Below are positions 9,443 through 21,489 of a stretch of DNA of 64,000 nt, one piece after another. Location of the stretch: assembly GCA_043228905.1 (NCBI GenBank), contig JBHGNT010000013.1, positions 16,740,001 through 16,804,000 on the forward strand. The letters run 5' to 3'. Origin of the DNA: Azolla caroliniana (Eukaryota; Plantae; Polypodiophyta). The notes under the pieces are model-generated. The model ran no database searches, had not been told where the DNA came from, and saw nothing but the letters and a program-made list of their open reading frames with translations. The first letter of the stretch is position 1; every line of letters begins with the position of its first letter. The position numbers and the translations under genes were made by a program.

Positions 9443-11677
9443 TTAGCTTGTGTTCTGGTTAGTGTTACTAGAGCTGACAGATTGGGACGAGGTATAGTGG
9501 TCATTAGAATAACTAGAGAGAGAGGTCATAGACTTGTGTCCATCGAGAAACCCGGGGTGGTGAAGAACATAATCCCCAGGGTATGGGGGCCTTGACGGCC
9601 CAAGGGGCACAACCACTCCATGTTGTAGGGCATGGAGCACTTCTTGCATTTCGGGTCGTGCCTCGGGGATCGGATGGCAACACTTGAGTGCGACATGTAG
9701 GATGCACCTCCAAATTGTGGTGTCCACCTCCCCATCAATCATCTGCATCCGTGGATCCAACACGTCCATTAGCGCGCCTCTCTCGTGTTTCGACCACACC
9801 CAATTGAGAAGCATCCGTTCCTCGGTTACATCGAAACTTAGGTCGATGACACGGCGGCCGCACGCCACCTCTAGGGCGAGCACACCGTAGCTATAGACGT
9901 CCACTTTGTTGGTCGGCGTGCGTGTGAACACGACCTCAGGTGCGGTGTATCCGGGCGTGCCAGCGGCCGTCATGGTTTCGGTCATGCATTTGTCGTCCTT
10001 GAGGAGGCGTAGCAGCCCGAAGTCGCCCAGCTTGGCCACCAAGTCGGAAGTGAGCAGCACATTGGCGGCCTTCACATCCCGGTGCACCGCCCCGGCCCCA
10101 TGCAGATGGCTCAGAGCTTCTGCCACTCCCTTCAGGATCTCTACCCTACTCTCACTCCTCAAAACACCACCTGTGTTCTCCTTCCTGCTGCTGAACAGGT
10201 GGTCCGCCAAGCTTCCATTGCTCATGAATTGGTAGACCAGCATGGCCTCCCCTTTCTCGTAGCACCATCCTTTGAGCCCCACCAGGCGTGGGTGCTGCAG
10301 CTTGTTGATCATATTGATCTCCTTGAAGAACTCATCGTTCTTCCTCAGCCCCTCGCCGTTCAGCCGCTTCACCGCCACTTCTTCGTACACCATCGATTCA
10401 CCTTTCTTGCTAGTCTGCTGCGTTACTAATAATCTCCCCTTGTAGACGGTGCTGTATCCGCCGCGCCCCACTCTGGCCTTGTCATGGAAGCCCTGGGTAG
10501 CCTTCGATAGCTGCATGTATGTGTACCGTGGCATAGCCGCCGGGACGAGCACATTATTTGGAATGACTGCAAGCTCCATATTTTGATCACCATGAGGTGA
10601 ATGGCAGCATCTTTTCCGACAAGCTATTATGGCGGAGACTCCGATGATGATCATTGCGGCAAGAATGCTAGGAATGAGGATAGTCTCAATGTTGTGGACT
10701 GATTTAGAAATCGGTGGAGGACTGAGCATGGCAGGGCTATTGCTTGTGTTGCTTTCAAGCTGCAATGGAGGTGGAGGTGGAGGTGGTGGTGGTGGTGGTG
10801 GAGGTGCGGGGGTGTGAAGCGTGAAATTCCAGGAGAAGATAGCACAGCCTTGATAGCTTGCACCTGTGGTTGCTGACAAGCCAACAAACAGTGGTTGGGA
10901 ATGGAGGAAGACGGTGGAGAGGTTATAAGTCAAGTTGAGGAGGGGATCGGCAGGCGGAGATAATATGGTGTCGGATTTCATATTATCAGTGTTGACCATC
11001 CGGACCTCGACCGATGAATTGGCTGCCAAGTAATCCACCCACACCATGAAAGAAGAGTTCTGGTAGAGATCGAGATCCGGATGCGGTGTTAAACCGGTGG
11101 AGAAATCGACTGTGACATCTGAGATGAGGCTGTTGATGTCGATCCCGGCGTGGTTGCTGCTTGGATCATTGAGTAGAAGATTCTGGAAAGTGTCGAACTC
11201 GACGGCGAAGAGATGGAGTGATGGATCGATCACATTGTAGGTGTCATTGGAGGTGAGGCCCAGCATCATGCCATCGCTGCGGTCGGGAACGGTGTTATGA
11301 GGCGAGATAAAGAAGGCCAAACCATCTCCTCCATACCCTTCTCCCTTGGCAGGAGTAATGAGTCGGAACTGGAAGGAGGTGGTGAAGGAGGTGATGTTGG
11401 TCTCCCAGGGGAAGGAGACATCGTAGAGGAGCCAGCCCGTTTGTTCGTTCATCTGGCTCGATTGCTGTTGGTTAGGGTCGGGTGTGAGCCAAATGGTGCC
11501 ATCGCTTTTCAAAGAGGCATTGTTCCGTAGGACAAGGTTAGAGGGCAGAGTTTTGTCTGCTTGAGCATAGCTAAACCTAAACTCAGCTTCAACAATGGCG
11601 CCATGGAAGGCAGCAGCATTTACCATCAGGAGGAGGAGGAGGAGGAGGAGCAGCAGGATACTGAGTGTTGTAGCCAT
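9443..11677 (-). CDS. L-type lectin receptor-like kinase (LecRK-A), intronless
   Basis: Leu-rich signal peptide from MATTLS; legume lectin motifs GGDGLAF, FAVEFDT, NHAGIDINS; poly-Pro stalk; TM helix; RD kinase (GRGGYSTVYKG, VAVKRL, HRDVKAANVLL, DFG, GTPGYTAPE). Start taken at Met41 of the ORF. Confidence 0.95.
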   Translation of the reverse strand: MATTLSILLLLLLLLLLMVNAAAFHGAIVEAEFRFSYAQADKTLPSNLVLRNNASLKSDGTIWLTPDPNQQQSSQMNEQTGWLLYDVSFPWETNITSFTTSFQFRLITPAKGEGYGGDGLAFFISPHNTVPDRSDGMMLGLTSNDTYNVIDPSLHLFAVEFDTFQNLLLNDPSSNHAGIDINSLISDVTVDFSTGLTPHPDLDLYQNSSFMVWVDYLAANSSVEVRMVNTDNMKSDTILSPPADPLLNLTYNLSTVFLHSQPLFVGLSATTGASYQGCAIFSWNFTLHTPAPPPPPPPPPPPPPLQLESNTSNSPAMLSPPPISKSVHNIETILIPSILAAMIIIGVSAIIACRKRCCHSPHGDQNMELAVIPNNVLVPAAMPRYTYMQLSKATQGFHDKARVGRGGYSTVYKGRLLVTQQTSKKGESMVYEEVAVKRLNGEGLRKNDEFFKEINMINKLQHPRLVGLKGWCYEKGEAMLVYQFMSNGSLADHLFSSRKENTGGVLRSESRVEILKGVAEALSHLHGAGAVHRDVKAANVLLTSDLVAKLGDFGLLRLLKDDKCMTETMTAAGTPGYTAPEVVFTRTPTNKVDVYSYGVLALEVACGRRVIDLSFDVTEERMLLNWVWSKHERGALMDVLDPRMQMIDGEVDTTIWRCILHVALKCCHPIPEARPEMQEVLHALQHGVVVPLGPSRPPYPGDYVLHHPGFLDGHKSMTSLSSYSNDHYTSSQSVSSSNTNQNTS

Positions 11678-12383
11678 GGGATGGGCATAGGCAGTAAAAC
11701 ACTCAAAGAGGGATATATCCGCCTCGTCTCCTTTTACCTTTAAAAAAATACGTAAGAGTGTCGACCAAGTCAAGACCATTTCCATTTGCTTGACCAAGAG
11801 GTCTTCAATCCCCCACCACCTTGTGTTAGCACCACAAATGCTGTCACCAACTCATCTTGTTCATAGATAGTACACATAAATCAATTATTGGAGGTGTGCA
11901 AGTCGCATCCAATTTACAATCTATTCGTAGTGGAATCTTGTTGCCTTCACCAACATTATCCCTACATTCAACACCTTCCCTTCAGATATTGGTTTCGGAT
12001 TGGACTCATATTGGTCTTATATAATGTTCACCCAACTTAGATAAGGTTTAAGAAATTGAACTTAAGATTAGCAATTGGCGCGGTTCGGTTCGGTTTCAAG
12101 GCAAAGAAACCGAACTGAACCGAAACCGAACCCGTTTATTTAAAACAAAAACCAAATCAAACCGTTTATGAACTCTCAGTATTGAAACCAAACCATTTAA
12201 GAAATAGTTGGAACCAAACCATTTAAAACCAAACCGTTTAGGGAAAAGTTGAAACCAAAACAAACCATCTAATAAAAAATTTAAACCTAACCACTTAAAT
12301 TAAACTAACTAAACATCTAAATAAATAAAAATATGTAGAAACGAAGGTGCGGAAGTGTTAGATAACCGGCTTAGCCGAATAGC

Positions 12384-12444
<61 letters not shown>

Positions 12445-12471
12445 ACACATAGAAGGTACGCAGGAGAGACA

Positions 12472-14637
12472 GAAAGAAAGAAAGATATATTAACGTCTTC
12501 TAAGGCCAAAATTGGCCCATGAGACAGTTGGTTTACAACAAAAATGAGTGTTTATCCAATCATCAAAACTAAAATAAAAGAAAATAGCTTAAGTTAAAAA
12601 AGTTCTAGTAGTGTACAAAACTTTGCACTAAGCCTAATTTCATTTCCACCCAAGTCTCTCAAAAAGAAGTGGGAGGTCAAAGGTTTTTGGTGTGGGTGTG
12701 ACCCATGGTCCCGGTGTATAGAGTGCCCCCGCCATGGCTTCTAGGCGATGTAGCTCACGTTCCCTTATTTTCTTTATTGCTTTGACATCTCGTCGAGTTG
12801 CTTTGAAACCCGGCATCCGAGGGCGTTTGGTTCTTCTTTGATTTTCTGCTTCATCAAGGAAAAGCCCGAGTGGTGCAGGTGTGTCGACATTCATTGTCTC
12901 CCCATATTCTTGAAAAACTTCATTTGTTACATGTTGGTAAACATTAGCAACATTATTATCAACGTTTTGTAACTTATTATCTCTGTGTTGTTTCAATTCT
13001 AAGATGTATCTGCCTAATTTCTTTATATCCAGTGTATCTAATAGTTTAGGGAGGGTGGGAGAGGAACCAAATATGTCTTGGTATTTTGCCCTTATCTCAG
13101 CATAGGTGGGACATTTGCATGTAAAATGGTACTCATCCTCTATCTCTATGTGGCTAAACCTACATATCCTTTCCTCCCTAGGGACTCCATTAGTACGTCC
13201 ATTCTCAATCTCAAGTTGGTGAGATGATATTCTAACTTGACCAATGGTAACCCTTAGTGCATGTGGTAAGAATACATCTAGATATCTTGGCCACGTAATA
13301 AAACCTAACTTAGAGAAGTGCATGAAGTGTTCCTTATAGTACAACATTTTAGATGGGAGTGGCTCTAGTGGGGTGATCAATTTATACCGAGTATAAATTT
13401 GCCATATTTCTTGGCGTATTACTTTATTACAATCCTCATGAGAGATTAAAGTCTTATCAATCGCGTGGTCATACTTAAGGGGGGGGAGGTTATTAATGTC
13501 TACACCGTTCACAAGAAGCCAACTCACCATCATGCCATACCATGAGCTAGTATAGTCGGACTCATAGAGTGCTTGAGAGGCCTTAAAGGCTTGATGGGAT
13601 ATTCTATCAACTCGTTGGTTATGTATCCTATGGATAAAGACTACAAGTTGAAAAAGTGCTTCTACTAACATCGAGGGTAGAGCGAACTCAGCCCTAATAA
13701 TGTCATGTGGGACCGATGATTTGCTTCGGAGTTGGCATGATAACATCATCACCAATGGTCTCTCTAATTGCGTCCACATCAAGGTTGTTAGGTACGTTAG
13801 GTACGGTATGGATACCATACGTATTTAACGTATTAATACCTGTATAGTACCTTCTAATTTAAAAATGCATTAAATACGTTTTCTTAATATGTTAAATACT
13901 TATAAAATACGTATTTTACGTATTTTACGTATAGTACGTTAAATACTTCTAGAATTTGAAAATTATTTACCTTTCTAAAAAATATCTATAATATTGTAAA
14001 AAACATCTATGTTTACACAATTTTGTGATGTACAATATAGTTTTATATCCTAAAATGCATATAAGACATTTGAACATTTCATATCCTAAAATACTATGGA
14101 TGTCGACATTCCCTTATTCTATAAATCAGTGTAATGTGTATCACAATGTTCTACTTCAAATTGTAATTATTTACAATTATGCCTTTATAGATTGAGGAAT
14201 CTCTATGATTATCACACTCATGATAGGTTTCTCTTTTCTTCGTTTTCTTCTTCTTCTATCTACTGCAATTATCACACTCAGGATAGGTTTATGTCTTCTT
14301 TTCTCTCTTCTTCTTCTTCTTCTTCTTCTTCATCGTCGTCTCTTCTATTCTTCTTTCTTCCTTCCTTTGGCTTCTTTTTCACTAAAATCTTTTTTTTCTT
14401 TTCCTTTTTGTTAGGGTTTTACTTACATTTTCTTTATAAATATGTATTATACCAGTTTTTTTATAAATACGTTAAATACCGTATTGGACAAATGTACATG
14501 ATATTTTACTGAACAACATTGAGGTATAGTACGTACTATACAAATAATGAGGTACTATACGTATTGAAACGTTAAATACAGGTACGTAAACAACCATGGT
14601 CCACATGAAAGATGGTAGTCTTGGAGCCCAAACCTGT
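12472..14637 (-). mobile_element. 5'-truncated RTEX-clade LINE inserted in the Copia 3' LTR
   Basis: ORF 12640-13779 has RISSHQLEIENGR..PREERIC..EDEYHF..CPTY (RTEX-type C-terminal Zn region); the frame continues as QVWAPRLPSFMWTQ across the MITE; 3' end TCTTTCTTTC tail; no TSD and a small target deletion relative to the intact LTR. Confidence 0.75.
13780..14598. mobile_element. hAT-type MITE inside the RTEX LINE
   Basis: TIR CAAGGTTGTT / AACAACCATG; perfect 8-bp TSD GTCCACAT (13772-13779 and 14599-14606); TACGT-rich subtermini; AT-rich interior. Confidence 0.9.
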
Positions 14638-16647
14638 AAAATCTATTATCAACAACTCTGTAAAATTCTCTGTGCATACAACGTGCTCAACAACACTTTT
14701 TATACAAGTCCTAAGAGGATTGACAAAAGTACTGTGTACTTCAATGCTCACACGAGCGTCTGACAGTAACTACAAGACATTAACTACCTAGTAGTCTAGG
14801 CTGCTACTAGGCTTCCAGTTACTGCTTGATCCGGCTAACCAGCTCCCCAACTCACCGGCTCACCGATCTGGCTCAAGCTTATTCCGTCGATCCGGATCCG
14901 GTTGAGCTTGCCACTCAACACTCCCCCTCAAGATCAACTTGAGGTTGGATCATAGTGTCAGTCTCCATGGCAATCAGTCCTTCCACCCGGCTCCTTCTGG
15001 CGTCACTCTGCCTCGCTCGCTCTCCTCGTCCAGTTCAGTCCCATTTGCCACGACCCTTTCTGATTCTACGCACCTCGACCTCCTCGGTCGGCTTGTCTGC
15101 TCAACAGGCCTAATTCAGCACCCTTACTACTGTGACTTCGGCGCTTGCCGATTCGCCGATTCCTTCGTGTTGGCGTCGACTTTCGTTGCCTTCTCGTATC
15201 CGGTTCTTCCGAATCCGTCTGTTGAACTAAATCGGCTGTCTCCGATTCGCTCCAGATCTTGTCCGAATCGGTCGCTCCCGATTCGTCTTCCGGTTCCAGG
15301 CCCTTCACCACATTGGACCATGTCCGGGTCTTGGCCTTCTTCTTCCGGTCGGCTCTATCCTTCTTGACTCTACCGCCACCGCCTCTTGCTCCGACTTGTT
15401 TCCGATGTGTCAACTTCCTTTGTCGACTCAGCTCCTTTCTTCTTCTTGACTCTCCCTTTGTCGGTTCTTCCCTCACCGGCACAATCAGTTGTTTCTTTGC
15501 CTTTGCCCATTCCGGTGTCTTTGCCCGTTCTCCCCCTCAAGTGTGGCACGTCGAGATGCTGAACACCAAGGATTTCGATGAAGTGCTGCAACTTGTCCGA
15601 TCCGAGCGGTTTGGTGAAGATGTCGGCAACTTGCTGATCCGTATGAACATACCGAAATTCGACTTCACCGCTCAGGACACGCTCACGCACGAAGTGGTAG
15701 TGCACTTCTATGTGCTTTGTGCGAGCATTGAATACGGGGTTCTTGGCGAGCTGCATGATGCTTATGTTGTCGCAATAGATCAGGATCGGGGTCAGCACCT
15801 TGATCCGTAGATCTTGCAGCAGTCACCGAAGCCAAATGGCTTCACATGTGGCAATGGTAGTGCCCCGGTATTCAGCCTCAATGCTCGAAAGGGCCACTGT
15901 TGGCTGCTTTTTGCTGCTCCACACAACAGTCGTGCTACCAAGGGAAAACATATAGCCGGAGGTGGATCGGCGATCTGATGCATCAATGGCCCAATTGGCA
16001 TCGGTGTAGCCAACTAGCTCTTCGGTTATACCATGCCAGTATAACAGTCCCTGGTCCTTCATGGCGCTCACATATCGAAAAATTCGATGTGCGCATAGAA
16101 GGTGCTCCACAGTCGGCTTCTGCATATATTGGTTGATCATGCCGACCGGATAACTAATGTCGGGTCGGGTGATTGTCAAATATATAAGGCTTCCGACGAT
16201 TTGTTGGAACCGCTTCTCATCCGAGGACGGTCCGGAGTCGGGACAGAGATTCTAGTTCCGGTCTAGGGTTGTGGAGATCGGTCGGCATTCCATCATCTCG
16301 AACTTGTACAACATATTCAACACATAGTGTCTTTGTGAGAGCAATATGTTGTGGGGGGTTCGGATCACCTCGATCCCAAGGAAATAGTGAAGGTCCCCCA
16401 GGTCCTTCATCTCAAATGCGTCCGACAGTTGGGACTTGACTCGGCTTATTTCATCGAGTCCAAGTCCGGTGATGACTAGATCATCAACATACAGCAAGAT
16501 GCAAACCGGACTGTCCAGACCTTGCCGGATGAACAACAAAGAGTCGGACTTGGAGGCCGCAAACCCATCTTACGCAACCAGTGCCTGATCTTCACATTCC
16601 AAGCTCGGGGGGTTTGCTTTAGGCCATAAAGTGACTTCTTCAGCCGT

Positions 16648-17354
16648 TGTTGCGTTGCTACGCGCGTGCGTGGAGAAGGGCGGGACCACGGGGGTCTTGG
16701 ACTAAGGAGTAGAGGAGAAGGAATTGGACACGGAATGGAAGCTTTTCTCAAGAAGAAGAAGAATGAACAAGAGACTAGATCGAACAAGAGGAAGATGGAG
16801 ACAAGATGAACAACAAGATGTATTAAAACGAAATGAACGATTACAAAATGGTGGCCACATAGGCCGCACCAAACGACTACTCGAAACCCTAACCGACGAA
16901 GATGAAGATAAAGATAAAGAATCCCTAACCCTAACCCTAACGCTCGACCTATGTGGTATACCTCGCACACTCAAAATAGGCAACCCCCACAATGGTGCCT
17001 TTCCTCTCCTTTTATAGCACAAGGAGGGAAGACCGTTTACAAAAGCGAGACTAAAATATCCCCTTTCATTCAAAGGGGATATTTGCCTTGATTTGGGGAG
17101 GGTGAGATTGATGGCCCCTTAACTCCCACCTCCTCACAAACAACTAGGTACCTATGTACCGCATAGTACCTCTCTCTCTCTCTCTCGCGTGGATGTGCGC
17201 ACAAGACCACATCGCCTTTATACCTTAGGGATCTTATGGGGCATTTCTAGCACCATACCCTTTACCCCTATTATTATTACGTGTGCAACGTTGCACATCG
17301 CTCTTTGGCTCTCGTTGCTCGGGTTTCCCCTCGTGGACGAAAATCTTCACGACA
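16648..17354 (-). mobile_element. Gypsy solo LTR interrupting the Copia RT
   Basis: TGTTGCG...CACGACA; 4-bp TSD CCGT/CAGT; RT (VC.LKKSLYGLKQ) is split exactly here compared with 37830-37870. Confidence 0.85.
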
Positions 17355-20300
17355 CAGTCATACCACCAACTTGTTCATCTCCGACTGGAAACCGAGGGGT
17401 TGGGTCATAAAGACCTCTTCTTCAAGATCGCCTTGAAGAAATGCATTATTCACGTCCATCTAGTGTAGATGTGACCCCCTTGCCGCAACAACCGCCAGCA
17501 CCACACGAACCATTGTCATCTTCGATACCGGAGCAAAGGTCTCGTCGTAGTCGATCCGTGGGTCTACACGTATCCCTTCGCTACTAACCGGGCCTTGTAC
17601 CGGTTAACTAAACCGTTGGCATTGTACTTTACCTTGTACACCCACTTACATCCGATCAGTTTATAGTGTCGGGGAGGGTCAACTAGGTCCCATGTGTCAT
17701 TGGCAACAAGTGCCCGCATTTCCTCCTCCATAGCGGCACGCCAATTTGCGTCCTTTCCTGCTTCTGTGTAGCTCTCCGGCTCACACACTTCCACCACCTT
17801 GGTCATGTACGCATAGTGATGCGCCATGTACTCATTGTACCCATAACGCTACATAGGGTTCTTCTGGCGAGAAGACCAACGTAACTTGGTATTACTTGGT
17901 TTGGGGCCCTTCTTGGCCAGGTCGGACTTCGTTCCCGAAGATCCTCCTTCATCCTTTCCGGAGTCAGATTCGCTCTGATCCGACTCAACGTTGCCAGTTT
18001 CGTATTCCGGCATTTTCTTCTTCCCCTTCTCTTTGCGCGTGAACCGTCTCCTCGGTTCCTTGCACGGGGAGAGCATGGAAGAGTCTCCACTACTCACTGG
18101 TTCATCTTCCGACTGGTCTGTCTGACCCAGTCACTCGTTCGGCCCGCTCAACCGAAATGATTCCGAACTCACATCTAGAGTCTCGAACCCTTCGTCTTCT
18201 AACTGGACTGGTTCAGGCTCACTAGCCTCATCCTCCAGTATCAGGTCGGGGTCGGAAGTCGAAGCCGGTAAGGCATACCATGATGCCATCTCATCAAACT
18301 CAACATCTCGGCTTACTCGAACCTACTTTGTACGGGGGTTATAACACTTATACCCCTTCTGCTCATGTGAGTAATCCACCAGGATGCATTTCTCCGACTT
18401 TGCATCCAACTTCCTCCGCTTCTCATCCGGCACATGCACATATGCTCATGCGCGGACACCTTGTCACCGATCCGGTTTTGGATATAGACGGTCATCCGGA
18501 CCGCCTCAGCCCAGTAGAATTTGGGCATGCTCTTCTCCTCCAGCATCACCCTTGCCGCGTCGATAATCGACTGATTCTTCCTCTCAGCCACACCGTTTTG
18601 CTCCGGTGTGTATCTGCAGCTGAACTCTCTTTGAATTCCTTTTTGCTACAGATAATTGTTGAATTGGCCAGAAAAATATTCTTTTCCGCCATCCGACCGC
18701 AAGCACTTGATCTTCCTTTCCGTTTCCCGTTCAACCAGGCTTTGCAGGTTCCGGAAACACTCGAAGACTTCGCTCTTCTACTCAATGAGGTAGATCCATG
18801 TGTGCCGGCTGTAGTTGTCAATGAAGGAGACGAAATATTGACTCCCGCCAAGACTAACGTTCTGTGACGGTCCCCATACATCCGAATGAATAAGGTCGAG
18901 CTTGTTACGGCTATGGTTTTGTTCGGTGGAGAATTGAAGCCAGTGTTGCTTCTCGAGTTAGCAAACTTCACATATTTGCAACTCCCGGCCACTGAACTTC
19001 GGCAAACCAAAAACAACTTGTTTCGTTTGCAGGTCTTGAAGCTCCGATAATTGACGTGGCCAATCCGCTTATGCTAGAGATCAATATCCGATTCAATTTT
19101 CTGTCCTTTGGCGATCAAAGCGGTGCAGACATTATTGGTGTCAAGGATGAACATCCTCCCATCTCTACGCCTTACCGGATCCGGATCAGTCCGAATCGGC
19201 GCGCTTCTTCAACCACTCGCTTTCTTTGTGGCCCTTTTTACCACAGTACCAGCATTTCGTGTCGGCCGTTGCTTATTGGCCTCCGGCGCCGTCTTGACTC
19301 CCCCTACTTGTGGAGGGTCCGGAACTGTTGTCGGCATTTCTCTATGCCTTCAGTCCTACTCTTTCCGGCCGCTACCATTGCGAGCTGACCCGCCTCATCC
19401 ACCATGCCCACGGGGCCAAATCCGCCTCCGTGTATAGCATTTGGCTGTCGGTCAGTGCACTTGTTGACGCATCGGCGTGGTTCTCCTCTACAAGGAGCAT
19501 ACCATCATTCGGAACGCTCTAAACTTAGACGCTAGGCCCCCAAGAAAAATCTGCACCATCTCATCTTCCTCTACAGTGACGTTGATAGAGGCAAGTGAGT
19601 CACAAATCTCTTTGATTCGGGCCGTGTAATCGGCTACCGACATGTCCTTCTGTCGGACATTGCTCAACTCCTATCGGAGTTGCAGCTTCCGGGCCGTAGT
19701 GCTTGCCGTGAAAACCTTCTTTAGGTTTCCCCAAGCTTCTGTTGGCGTCTTGGCATCTCGGACATGGCTCAGCAGCTGGTCTCCGGCACTAGACGCAAAG
19801 CAGTACATCACTCTGCTTGCTGCTTGTTCCCACACTAGGAAGTCCTTGTGTGCCGCATCAGGTGTTGTGTCGTTAGCTCCGTCGACATAGCTCCAGTAAC
19901 CATGCCCAAGTAGGTACTGGTGCATCTTGTATGACCAAGATGCATAGTTGGATCTGTCTATCTTCTCCACTAGGAGCGAGCTAGCCATTTCTCTGTCCAT
20001 CACTTCTCTTTCTGTTCTTACCGGGTCTTATGGTTTGTCTTCAGATGCTGATATCGGCTGCAGAGGTTCTCAACCCTCGCGCTCTGATACCATGTAGAAA
20101 CGAAGGTGCAGAAGCATTAGACAACTGGCTTAGCCGGATAGCAAGAGAGAGAGAGAGAGATTAACACACAAAAGGTACACATGAGAGACAGAGAAAGAGC
20201 AGAACAACTTAAATCTATTATCAACAACTCTGTAAAATTCTCTGTGCATACAACATGCTCAACAACACTATTTATACAAGTCCTAAGAGGACTGACAAAA

Positions 20301-21489
20301 GTACAATGTACTTCAATGCTCACACGAGCGTCTGACACTAACTATGAGACATTAACTACCTAGTAGTCTCGGCTGCTACTAGGCTTCCGGTTACTGCTTG
20401 ATCCGGCTAATTGGCTCCCCAACTCACCGGCTCACTTGCTCATTGGCTCGCTTGCTCACCGGCTCACCGATCCAGCTCACCCTTCCGGATGCCGATCCAG
20501 CTCAGGCTTATTCAGCCGATCCGGATCCGGTTGAGCTTGCCACTCAACAATATACATTAAATTAAATAAGCATTAAAGTTAAATTTATTAAATCAATAAA
20601 AAACCATTAATTAAACAATTAAATCAATAAAGTATTAAGGTTAAACAAAAGTTAGCCAAAAACCTATAAACCTATAAACCCAAGTTTTAGAACCAAACCA
20701 AACCAAAACCGAACTGTTTATCGAAAATCCAAACCAAACCAAACCATTAAAAATTTTTGGAACCAATAAACCATTAAACAATGGTTTAACGGTGTCGCGT
20801 TTTTTACGCGCGTGCGTGGAGAAACGAGGCAGGACCACCGGGGTCTTGAACCTAAGAGCAGGTGATAGGAGGGGAAAGAGAAAGAGAGAGACAAACGGTT
20901 ACGTATGAGCAAAGAAACACAGGGACACGGCCCGTCAACGCAGAAGACACGAATGAACACAGAGACAGAGAGACACGAATGTTTGTATATTAACAAGTGA
21001 CACAAAAACAACAGAGCACACGAGTGGTTACAACCGAACAGGCCGGCGAACAGATGTCGATGCCTACTCGTTTGCGCACGGAAAGGGGATAGGATGGAGG
21101 TGCTGCCAGAAGCACACGGGCGTTCCTCGAAGCAGCGTGAGCCTCCCGAAAACCTGCAGAGAAGAGCAATAGAGAACAAGCAAAGGAGAAGCGTTCGGTT
21201 ACGGTCCGACAGCACTTCGTCCTCCTCAATGCGCGATCCCTTCTCCTTGCGTCTCCCTCTCCTTTATAGTGTCAGGAAGGGAGCCGTCTCCCTCATTTAC
21301 TTCATACCTACCGAATCTAACTACCCAGGATATACCTATGTACCTAGTTCCCTATAATATACATTAAGGGCGCGCACGCGTGAAGAGCTGGTTCACGCGC
21401 GCTATGCACCGATTGCGCTAAGGGACGGTTTCCTTCACGACATCCGCCCCCACCTAACCGCGCATCCACCGGTACGCGCCAAAATTGGG

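Larger units (their letters stand above)
12334..20549 (-). mobile_element. Degenerate Ty1/Copia element (older relative of 34157-39997); 5' LTR 20093-20549, 3' LTR split into 12334-~12475 and ~14638-14920
   Basis: PBS-Met 20081-20092; gag SNYASWSYKMHQYLLGHG, integrase, RT YVDD and RNase H pieces with stops and deletions; PPT at 14921-14931; flanks AAATA/ATATA. Confidence 0.92.

Noticed and set aside
11678-11797. N-terminal extensions of the LecRK ORFs (also 47378-47494, 55904-55954, 60277-60468)
   Set aside because: They use non-ATG starts, are not conserved between paralogues, derive partly from SINE or microsatellite sequence, and precede the signal peptide.
14192-14512. Ser/Phe-rich ORF
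   Set aside because: Translation of (CTT)n and T-rich DNA within a MITE.
16923-16940. (CCCTAA)3 telomere-like repeat
   Set aside because: Only three units inside an LTR; consistent with a telo-box-like or slippage motif, not an interstitial telomere.
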